Shown one piece after another: positions 27,765 through 34,472 of a stretch of 34,472 bases of DNA (positions are counted from its first letter, which is position 1; each line of letters opens with the position of its first letter). A model generated the notes under the pieces. It was not told where the DNA came from, did not search any database, and saw only the letters and a program-made list of their open reading frames with translations. The position numbers were made by a program, and so were the translations under genes. This stretch comes from Desulfobacteraceae bacterium (lineage in GTDB: Bacteria; Desulfobacterota; Desulfobacteria; Desulfobacterales; SpSt-501): contig JBFYWX010000535.1 of assembly GCA_041310825.1 (NCBI GenBank), positions 1 through 34,472 on the forward strand, in the 5' to 3' direction.

Positions 27765-28639
27765 TTTCGCCGTTCGACGACATAGGCGGCGATCGCCCGC
27801 AAAGGGTCGGCCCGCGGATCGAACTCCGCCAGCGCCACGATCGCCTGCATTTTTAAATTGTCGGCGAATTCCTTCGATTTTTCAAGTCCTAAAATTTCCG
27901 GGTAGGCGTTCTTGCGGCGCAGATGGTCGGTGCCCACGGCCTTGCCCATGACGGCCGGATCGCCCTCGACGTTCAAGATGTCGTCCACCACTTGAAACGC
28001 AAGCCCCACGGCGCGCCCGTAGGCGGTCAGGTGGTGGATCTGGGTCTCGGAGCCGCCGGCGATAAGGGCCCCGGAAATCAACGCCGCCTGGATCATGTCC
28101 CCGGTTTTGCGGCCGTGCAGGAGCTGGAGTTCCTCCAGTGCGAGGCGACGGCCTTCGGCGCCCATGTCCAGCATCTGCCCCAGGACCATCCCCTGAAATC
28201 CGGCGGCGGCGGAGACGAGACGGATCACCTCGAGCCGCGCCGCTTTCGAGCCCGCATCCATGGCGGCCAGAACCTCGAAGGCCAGGGTCAGAAGGGCGTC
28301 TCCGGCGAGAATGGCGGTGGCCTCGTCGTAGGCCTTGTGGCAGGTGGGGCGGCCGCGCCTGAGGTCGTCATCGTCCATGGCGGGCAGATCGTCATGGATG
28401 AGCGAGTAGGTGTGGATCATCTCGAGCGCACAGGCCGGTGCCAGGGCCTCCTCGGCCGTGCCGCCGACCGCTTCGGCCGCGGCGATGCAGAAGTTGGGGC
28501 GGATCCGTTTGCCCCCCGCCATGAGCGAGTAGCGCATGGCCGCGGTGAGCCGGTTGCCTTCCGCCGGCCGCAGGAATCGGGAGAGGGCGGATTCGACGGC
28601 CGCGTTGTTGCGCATGAGGTAGGCAGCCAGGTCGAACAT
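27761..28639 (-). CDS. ispA: (2E,6E)-farnesyl/geranylgeranyl diphosphate synthase
   Basis: 292 aa from MFDLAAYL. First DDxxD region is LIHDDLPAMDDDDLRRG; second is FQVVDDILN. The track ORF start (28747) runs into xseB. Confidence 0.9.
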   Translation of the reverse strand: MFDLAAYLMRNNAAVESALSRFLRPAEGNRLTAAMRYSLMAGGKRIRPNFCIAAAEAVGGTAEEALAPACALEMIHTYSLIHDDLPAMDDDDLRRGRPTCHKAYDEATAILAGDALLTLAFEVLAAMDAGSKAARLEVIRLVSAAAGFQGMVLGQMLDMGAEGRRLALEELQLLHGRKTGDMIQAALISGALIAGGSETQIHHLTAYGRAVGLAFQVVDDILNVEGDPAVMGKAVGTDHLRRKNAYPEILGLEKSKEFADNLKMQAIVALAEFDPRADPLRAIAAYVVERRK

Positions 28640-28641
28640 GA

Positions 28642-28875
28642 TCACTGCCCGCCCTCGGCGTTGAAGGGCTTTTCGACGCCCCCGCCGGCGCTCTCCTGGA
28701 CGAGTTGGGTGATCTTGCGCTCGGTCTCCGCGAGCCGCTGGGCGCAATAGCGGGAGAGCTCCATGCCCTCCTCGAATTTGCGGATCGCCTGCTCGAGGGG
28801 CAGCTCCCCGGATTCGAGTTCGGCCACGATCTGCTCGAGCATCTTGAGGGCCTGTTCAAAACTCTTCTTTGCCAT
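28642..28875 (-). CDS. xseB: exodeoxyribonuclease VII small subunit
   Basis: 77 aa: MAKKSFEQALKMLEQIVAELESGELPLEQAIRKFEEGMEL. It overlaps the xseA end by 20 nt. Confidence 0.9.
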   Translation of the reverse strand: MAKKSFEQALKMLEQIVAELESGELPLEQAIRKFEEGMELSRYCAQRLAETERKITQLVQESAGGGVEKPFNAEGGQ

Positions 28876-30265
28876 GTCGCACGACTCCCTTAACAGTTGC
28901 CTGGATCGTTCCCTGGGACACCACCACCTCGATCGGCTGGTCAACCATAACCTGGTCCGGGTCCGTAACCACGGCCCGGTCCGGCAGCCGGCGGGTTACG
29001 CTGTATCCGCGGCGCAGGATGGCCATGGGGTCGAGGGATTCCAGCCGGGCAGCCTTTTCACGATACGGTGACATTTTTTGACCAATTAATTTAGTGATCG
29101 AATTTTGTAGGTTATAACTTCTTACCTCAAGTTCGAATTTAAATTTTTCGCATCGGATCGCTGGCGATGCGTACAAGACCCGCCGCCGCATGCCGTCCAA
29201 GAGTTCTTTTTTGCGCTTGAAATAGACCGACTGGAGGCGCACGAGACGACCTTGCAGGTCGTCGACCCGGATCCACAGCTCCTGGATGCGGCGCTTGGGG
29301 TCTTTGAGTCGTCTCGACAAATTAAATAATTCTTTTTTATTTATATTTATATAGTTGAAAATTATATTATCAAGTTTTGATTTAACATCAGAAACTCGCC
29401 GCAAAAGCTCCATGCGGTCAGGTACCGTTATTTCAGCGGCGGCCGAGGGGGTCGGCGCCCGCACGTCGGCGACAAAATCAGCGATCGTGAAGTCGGTTTC
29501 GTGGCCGACGGCGGAAACAACCGGGATGCGCGAGTCGAATATCGCCATGGCCACGCGCTCGGAGTTGAAGGCCTGGAGATCTTCGAGCGATCCGCCGCCG
29601 CGCGCCACGATGATGACCTCGCAGTCGGCGCGCTGGTTGAGCCGTGCGAGCGCGGCGCAGATCTCCTCCTCGGCACCGGAGCCCTGGACCTTCACCGGCA
29701 CGATTTCGAGCGGGATCGCGGGGCAGCGTCGGCCGGTGACCGTGATGATGTCGTGGACGACCGCACCCGCGGGGGACGTGATGATGCCGATCTTGCGCGG
29801 CAAAAACGGAAGCCGCTGCTTGTGGCGTTCGTCGAACAGTCCCGCATCGGCCAACCGCTGCTTGAGTTTTTCAAAGGCGATCTGCAGGGCGCCGACCCCG
29901 GCGGGCTCGAGGTATTCCAGGATGATCTGGTAGGAGCCGCGCGGCCCGTAGACGCTGATGCGCCCCAAGCCGATGATGCTCATCCCGTCTTCGGGCTGGA
30001 AGGTGAGCTGGCGGTTCTGGTGGCGGAACATGACCGCCGCCACCTGGGCGTTCTCATCCTTGAGCGTCAAGTAAAGGTGGCCGGAGCCGGGCGCGCGCAG
30101 GTTGGAAATTTCGCCGCACACCCAGACAAACGGGAAGCTGTTCTCGAGCAGGGTCTTGATGCGCCGGGTGAGCTCGGAAACACTCAGGATGCGACGCGCG
30201 CTGCCGGCGGGCGCAGGACTGCCGCCGGCGATAAAGTCCGCGCTGTCATCGAAGGGGTCGGCCAT
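28856..30265 (-). CDS. xseA: exodeoxyribonuclease VII large subunit
   Basis: 469 aa. N-terminal OB fold LSVSELTRRIKTLLE..FPFVWVCGEISN, catalytic core, and a long C-terminal helical region. Confidence 0.92.
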   Translation of the reverse strand: MADPFDDSADFIAGGSPAPAGSARRILSVSELTRRIKTLLENSFPFVWVCGEISNLRAPGSGHLYLTLKDENAQVAAVMFRHQNRQLTFQPEDGMSIIGLGRISVYGPRGSYQIILEYLEPAGVGALQIAFEKLKQRLADAGLFDERHKQRLPFLPRKIGIITSPAGAVVHDIITVTGRRCPAIPLEIVPVKVQGSGAEEEICAALARLNQRADCEVIIVARGGGSLEDLQAFNSERVAMAIFDSRIPVVSAVGHETDFTIADFVADVRAPTPSAAAEITVPDRMELLRRVSDVKSKLDNIIFNYININKKELFNLSRRLKDPKRRIQELWIRVDDLQGRLVRLQSVYFKRKKELLDGMRRRVLYASPAIRCEKFKFELEVRSYNLQNSITKLIGQKMSPYREKAARLESLDPMAILRRGYSVTRRLPDRAVVTDPDQVMVDQPIEVVVSQGTIQATVKGVVRHGKEEF

Positions 30266-30289
30266 GGTGGCTGGATTCCACGATCTATA

Positions 30290-30317
30290 ATGTCTGATAA
30301 TGTATATTATGTCAACT
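30290..30317. other. dif: candidate dif site (XerC/XerD chromosome dimer resolution site)
   Basis: ATGTCTGATAA-TGTATA-TTATGTCAACT. The 16-nt core ATAATGTATATTATGT is identical to E. coli dif as I remember it. The central hexamer matches 6/6 and the XerD-side arm 9/11. It is intergenic, in an AT-rich gap of a GC-rich genome. Confidence 0.6.
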
Positions 30318-30355
30318 TAAGTCAACGCATGGCCCAACCCCGCCCGGGACCCGCC

Positions 30356-30634
30356 TCAGTCGTCCTCTTCCCCGGCACTCTTCGTGATGCGCTCGCGCAC
30401 GGCCGGGACGATGTAGATGTCGTCGAGGGGCATCTCCGCCAGCATGGACGAGAGGATTTCGATTTTTTTCGGCAGGGCTTTGTGCTTGTCCAGGATGAAC
30501 ATCTTTTTCCCGCGCACCGTGCACAGCCCGCTCTTGACGCGCACGCCGGCTTCCCGGAAATTGTGCTCCTCCACGAACACACCGAGCCGCTCGGCGACAT
30601 TTTTCAGTTCGATGAAGAGTTCCTCGGGCTTCAT
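30356..30634 (-). CDS. small conserved-looking hypothetical protein (92 aa), family not recognised
   Basis: GC-rich third positions run from ATG 30634 (MKPEELFIELKNVAERLG...) to TGA. The 19 codons upstream of it in the track ORF are AT-rich and look non-coding. Confidence 0.55.
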   Translation of the reverse strand: MKPEELFIELKNVAERLGVFVEEHNFREAGVRVKSGLCTVRGKKMFILDKHKALPKKIEILSSMLAEMPLDDIYIVPAVRERITKSAGEEDD

Positions 30635-30640
30635 GGGACG

Positions 30641-30669
30641 CTTATACCCATTTGGTTCAATTTTATCAA
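30641..30669 (-). promoter_or_regulatory. putative sigma70 promoter giving a leaderless or near-leaderless transcript for the 92-aa ORF
   Basis: Minus strand: TTGATA (30669-30664), 17-nt spacer, TATAAG (30646-30641), then only 6 nt before ATG 30634. No SD motif. Confidence 0.35.
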
Positions 30670-30710
30670 GATTGACGACTTGGAGGCGCACAAATATCTA
30701 TTGATTCGTC

Positions 30711-30738
30711 TTGATTTCGGCTCGCCCTGTGATATATT
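30711..30738 (+). promoter_or_regulatory. putative sigma70 promoter for the BI-1/YccA gene
   Basis: TTGATT (30711-30716), 16-nt spacer, TATATT (30733-30738). It would be followed by a roughly 120-nt leader containing two hairpins and a GGAGG RBS. Confidence 0.4.
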
Positions 30739-30860
30739 TTAGCCAAATTATAAGTTGGCGTCTTTCAGGTAAGTCAGGCTTTCCTTTCCCACCCAATCTG
30801 AACTTACTTTTTGATGAACCGCCGCCGCAGGCGGCCTGAAACCCTATTTCGGAGGTTAGG

Positions 30861-31565
30861 ATGGATGCAATCACCATCAGGGATGCTCAAGTCCAGGTAC
30901 GGGTCAACTCGTTTGTCCGCAGCGTCTACAACTGGATGGCCCTGGGTCTCGGCCTGACAGGGGTGTTGGCCTATGCGGTGGCCAACAGCCCGCAGATTCA
31001 GGGCCTCGTATTCGGCTCGTCCATGGTCTTCTTCGGGCTCATCATCGCCCAGCTGGCGATGGTGTTTATGATCAGCGCCCGGATCCAGCGCATGCAGGCC
31101 TCGACCGCCACCCTGCTCTTCATGCTCTACTCGGCGCTGAACGGCGTCACCCTCTCTGCGATATTCCTGGTCTACGCCCAGTCCTCGATCACATCGACCT
31201 TTTTCATCTGCGCGGCGACCTTCACCGCCTGCAGCATTTTCGGCTGGACCACCCGGCGCGATCTGACCTCCATGGGCGGGTTCCTGATGATGGGCCTCAT
31301 CGGGATCATCATCGCCTCCGTGGTCAACATGTTCATCCAGAGCAACGCGGTCACCACGATCGTAAGCTACATCGGCGTCCTGGTCTTTGTGGGCCTGACG
31401 GCCTATGACACCCAGAGCATCAAGAACATGGCCCTCTCCCAGCCGGCCGACATCGACGCCTCCGCGGTGCGCAAGGGCGCCATTTTAGGGGCCCTCAAGC
31501 TCTACCTGGACTTCATCAACCTCTTCCTGATGCTCCTGCGCATCTTCGGAAGCAACCGCAACTAA
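30861..31565 (+). CDS. BAX inhibitor-1 / YccA family membrane protein
   Basis: 234 aa with about seven TM helices. N-terminal FVRSVYNWMALGLGLTG and C-terminal GALKLYLDFINLFLMLLRIFG are typical of the family. Confidence 0.85.
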   Translation: MDAITIRDAQVQVRVNSFVRSVYNWMALGLGLTGVLAYAVANSPQIQGLVFGSSMVFFGLIIAQLAMVFMISARIQRMQASTATLLFMLYSALNGVTLSAIFLVYAQSSITSTFFICAATFTACSIFGWTTRRDLTSMGGFLMMGLIGIIIASVVNMFIQSNAVTTIVSYIGVLVFVGLTAYDTQSIKNMALSQPADIDASAVRKGAILGALKLYLDFINLFLMLLRIFGSNRN

Positions 31566-31589
31566 CCCGGTCTGACATAACGCTAAAAA

Positions 31590-31617
31590 GGCCCCGCTGC
31601 GGGCGGGGCCTTTTATT
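31590..31617 (+). terminator. rho-independent terminator (potentially bidirectional)
   Basis: GGCCCCGC (31590-31597), loop TGCGG, GCGGGGCC (31603-31610), then TTTTATT. It is preceded by AAAAA. Confidence 0.75.
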
Positions 31618-31627
31618 CGCCTTCGCC

Positions 31628-31654
31628 GGAATACCCTGCCGCTTGCGGTAGGGA
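31628..31654. repeat. REP-like palindromic element, copy 1
   Basis: GGAATACCCTGCCGCTTGCGGTAGGGA. The hairpin is CCCTGCC-GCTTGC-GGTAGGG, with one G-T pair. Confidence 0.55.
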
Positions 31655-31722
31655 TGAAAGGCGAGGCGACCCGCCGAAGCTCGCCAGAGCGAAGGCGGGT
31701 TGGGCTACGGCGCATTCCGCTT

Positions 31723-31748
31723 GGATACCCCGCCGCTTGCGGCGGGGA
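31723..31748. repeat. REP-like palindromic element, copy 2
   Basis: GGATACCCCGCCGCTTGCGGCGGGGA. The hairpin CCCCGCC-GCTTGC-GGCGGGG is perfect. It has the same orientation and the same GGA(A)TACC leader as copy 1. Confidence 0.55.
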
Positions 31749-31810
31749 GCTTCATTTCCTTCAAGCGCCTCCGGTGGGCACCCCGCCCGGGCGGGACCGC
31801 CCCGGGGGTG

Positions 31811-33166
31811 TTATCCCAAGACCCTCGCCACGGCCGCTGCAATCCTGCGGCAGTACTCCCCGGTCTTCGCTGCGGTGGGGCCCTCCACCATGACACGGCA
31901 CAGCTGCTGTGTGCCGGAGTAGCGCACGAGCACCCGGCCGTGTTCGCCTAATTCCTTTTCGACCCCTCGGATTTCCGAGACGATCCCCGGCACGCTCTCA
32001 ACGGCTGGCTTTGAACGAACCGGCACATTGATGAGAACCTGGGGATAAACCGTCATGATGCGCTTGAGCTCGGACAGCGCCCGCCCTTGCTCGGCCATGG
32101 CCTCGAGCAGCTTGAGACCCGAGAGGATTCCATCCCCCGTGCTGTGATGATCAGCAAGGATCATGTGCCCAGAGTCCTCACCGCCCAACACCGCGCCGCA
32201 GGCCTGCATCGCCTCCATCACATAGCGGTCGCCCACCGCCGACGTTACATGCTGCACCCCCATTTTTTTTAATGCCGCGCCCAGTCCCATGTTGCTCATG
32301 ACCGTGCTCACCACCGTGTTTGCGGCAAGACGCCCTTTGGCCTTGAGGTGAGCGGCGAGGATGGCCAGGGTCCGGTCCCCGGTCAGCACCTCCCCGGTCT
32401 CGTCGATCGCGATCAATCGGTCGGCGTCTCCGTCGAAGGCGAGCCCCGCCTGGGCGTGCGACGCCACCACCCGCCGTGCGAGAAGCTCGGGGTGCTGCGA
32501 ACCGCAGGCCGCATTGATGTTTCTGCCGTCCGGGCTCACGTTGAGCGCCTCCACCGTAGCCCCGAGCTCGGTGTACACCCGCGGCGCCACCTGGTAGGCG
32601 GCACCATGGGCGCAGTCCAAAACGATCTTGAGTCCGGACAACGGGCGGGGGCCTGCTTCCAGGCAGGATTTCAAAAACCCGGCATAGCGCTCGACGGCAT
32701 CCGCGATCCGTCGCACCCGGCCCGGCTCCTGGGCCCCGCCCCCCGCCGCCGGATCCTCGAGCCCCTGGAGGATCCGGCCTTCGATCTGCCGCTCGAGCTC
32801 AGCGCCAAGCTTCGTGCCGGCGGTACTGAAAACCTTGATCCCGTTGTCCTGATACGGGTTGTGGGAGGCGGAGATGACGATCCCGCCCTGCGCCCCGGAG
32901 GAGCGTGTCAGAAAAGCGATGCCGGGCGTGGGGAGCACCCCGAGCAGCTCCGCCTCGGCGCCGGCCGCGCATATGCCAGCCGCCAGCGCATGGACGAGCA
33001 TGTCCCCCGAGGCCCGCGGGTCCTGCCCGACGACGAAGCGGGCCGGAGAATGGTTTTCTCCCATCACCCTCGCTACGGCCCGCCCGGCTTGAAGCGCAAC
33101 TTCAACTGTAATAGGATAACTATTAGCAATTCCACGAATTCCGTCTGTTCCGAATAGTTTAGTCAT
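31811..33166 (-). CDS. glmM: phosphoglucosamine mutase
   Basis: 451 aa from MTKLFGTDGIRG, with active-site ISASHNPYQDNGIK. The track ORF start (33259) is 31 codons upstream in an AT-rich leader. Confidence 0.93.
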   Translation of the reverse strand: MTKLFGTDGIRGIANSYPITVEVALQAGRAVARVMGENHSPARFVVGQDPRASGDMLVHALAAGICAAGAEAELLGVLPTPGIAFLTRSSGAQGGIVISASHNPYQDNGIKVFSTAGTKLGAELERQIEGRILQGLEDPAAGGGAQEPGRVRRIADAVERYAGFLKSCLEAGPRPLSGLKIVLDCAHGAAYQVAPRVYTELGATVEALNVSPDGRNINAACGSQHPELLARRVVASHAQAGLAFDGDADRLIAIDETGEVLTGDRTLAILAAHLKAKGRLAANTVVSTVMSNMGLGAALKKMGVQHVTSAVGDRYVMEAMQACGAVLGGEDSGHMILADHHSTGDGILSGLKLLEAMAEQGRALSELKRIMTVYPQVLINVPVRSKPAVESVPGIVSEIRGVEKELGEHGRVLVRYSGTQQLCRVMVEGPTAAKTGEYCRRIAAAVARVLG

Positions 33167-33269
33167 TTTTGATAGGATTCCCGGAATGAGCACTTTAGCC
33201 GAAAATAATAAACCCGTAGAGCCCGCAGCCATTCGGGCCTGGGCATAAACGTGCGGCATCCTGCCGCGA

Positions 33270-34448
33270 TCATTTCAGCGCAGCAAGTGCCGCCTCAGAT
33301 GTACCATCCACAATTCCCTGCAGCCAGGCCGTGCCCAGTCCGGAACCCTCCGGCTCGAGCGCCTGGACTGCGGCGATGTGCTCCTTGCCGGAACGCGGGA
33401 TCGCCTGCGACAACTTTTCGAGAAAGCCCTCCCGCGGCCGGGGATCGCCCCGGTTGTCGAACCGCTCTTGCAACACCGCCTTGGCCGCAGCCCAGCGGCC
33501 GAAAAGCGAATCGTCCCCGGCCTGGGCCATTTTCTCTCCAAGCTCCTGCAACCGCTTGATGCGCTCGCCGATGCCGAGCTCAACGGTCTGCACAAGCCCC
33601 GCCAGCATCGCCGCCGGGAACCGGTCCGCAACAAACAAGGACCTCGCCTCGAGATACCACTGGCGCAAGGCCAGCAGGTTTCCGATGTAGACGAGGTTGT
33701 TGCGGACGATCCGGCCGGTACCCGAGAACAGGCCGGGCCGGAACTCGATGTTGCCCGCCTTGGAGGCCCCGCCGTAGATCAGCCGGTCCGGCCGCAGCTC
33801 GTCCTTGCGCACGATGGTGCCGGCCGCCGCGGTGATCCCGTAGTCGAGCCGCACCGGGCCGACGATCCCCCCCTGCCCGCCCAGGAAAATCGGCTTTTGG
33901 TTCAGCATCACCCCGCGGGGGACCTCGCCGATCAGGGAGGCGGTGGCCTTGTCCTGGTTGGGGGTGAAATTGAAGTGGACGTAGGAGCTGCCCACCTCGC
34001 TGTGGTTCTTGGGCCCCGTGCCGCCCGCCATGAGACAGTCACAAAAGTTGATCAGGCTGCCAAGGCTCACGAAGGGAAAGAGAATGGTCTGCTTGAGCCC
34101 GACGGTGTGGGCGATGCTTGCCTGCTCTTCCAGGATCGTGCCCGCGCGCACGTGCGACCCGGAGGCGCATGATGATTTTTCGAGAAAGACCGCGCCGCTG
34201 AAAGACCCTCCCTTCAGCTCCACGTCCGGGCCGATGAAACAGTTCTCGATGGTGGCCGGCGCCTCGGACCCGAGCCGGGCCCCGGAAAGGATCAGGGTGT
34301 GCTCCCCCCGGATCCGGCACCCGGGGTGGATGACGACCCCCTCGCCCGAGATCCGGTCGAGATCCACCTCGGGGCCGATGTCAACGCCGGCCGCAACGGG
34401 TATTCGAACTCCCTTTCGGATCAGCTGTTGGAGATTGGTAGGTCCCAT
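33270..34448 (-). CDS. left-handed beta-helix (hexapeptide-repeat) protein with a helical C-terminal domain, GlmU-C-terminus-like; start uncertain and may extend past the window edge
   Basis: Hexapeptide-type repeats (VVIHPGCRIRGEHTLILSGARLGSEAPATIENCFIGPDVELKGG...). No nucleotidyltransferase domain is visible. The frame is still open at base 34472. ATG 34448 and TTG 34469 are possible starts. Confidence 0.6.
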   Translation of the reverse strand: MGPTNLQQLIRKGVRIPVAAGVDIGPEVDLDRISGEGVVIHPGCRIRGEHTLILSGARLGSEAPATIENCFIGPDVELKGGSFSGAVFLEKSSCASGSHVRAGTILEEQASIAHTVGLKQTILFPFVSLGSLINFCDCLMAGGTGPKNHSEVGSSYVHFNFTPNQDKATASLIGEVPRGVMLNQKPIFLGGQGGIVGPVRLDYGITAAAGTIVRKDELRPDRLIYGGASKAGNIEFRPGLFSGTGRIVRNNLVYIGNLLALRQWYLEARSLFVADRFPAAMLAGLVQTVELGIGERIKRLQELGEKMAQAGDDSLFGRWAAAKAVLQERFDNRGDPRPREGFLEKLSQAIPRSGKEHIAAVQALEPEGSGLGTAWLQGIVDGTSEAALAALK

Positions 34449-34472
34449 CAGAAGAGCCGCCTCATGCAATTC

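Noticed and set aside
30283-30327. AT-rich gap read simply as the xseA promoter (minus strand TTGACT/TTGACA with CATTAT -10-like hexamers at 17-nt spacing)
   Set aside because: The hexamer matches exist and a promoter role is not excluded. However, the 16-nt identity to the dif core explains the sequence far better than a generic AT-rich promoter. It is kept as a secondary possibility only.

Overview
High-GC (roughly two-thirds G+C by eye) chromosomal segment. It is densely packed with about 28 protein genes. I found no rRNA, tRNA, CRISPR array, transposase or integrase. The gene content (MglA-type GTPase, PATAN/DUF4388 protein, divergent EF-G paralogue) suggests a deltaproteobacterial-type lineage (Desulfobacterota/Myxococcota); this is inference only.

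Layout:
- Plus strand, 191-15576: aroK, a holin-family membrane protein, recC, a FliK-like/FlhB-C-like pair, recB, recD, ispF, uvrB, uvrC.
- Minus strand: mdh.
- Plus strand, 16787-22956: MglA-like GTPase, a PATAN plus cNMP-domain protein interrupted by an in-frame TAG, PilZ, purC, a ParB-like protein, an SP-lyase-family radical SAM enzyme, a secreted thermonuclease.
- Minus strand, 22925-30634: EF-G paralogue, tlyA, dxs, ispA, xseB, xseA, a small unknown ORF.
- Right end: BAX-inhibitor/YccA (plus), glmM and a hexapeptide-repeat protein (minus).

Most noteworthy observations:
1. A 28-bp dif-like XerCD site at 30290-30317.
2. An MglA / PATAN-2x-cNMP / PilZ signalling cassette with no MglB.
3. 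An amber codon that splits a cNMP domain in that cassette.
4. A translationally coupled ParB-like plus spore-photoproduct-lyase-like pair.
5. A FliK-like/FlhB-C-like pair wedged inside the recC-recB-recD operon, with the FliK-like gene broken by an exact 7-bp tandem duplication.
6. Extremely AT-rich islands inside xseA.

Many long ORFs in the six-frame track are antisense artefacts of the high GC content and were rejected. All calls rest on motif recognition by eye; no searches were run.
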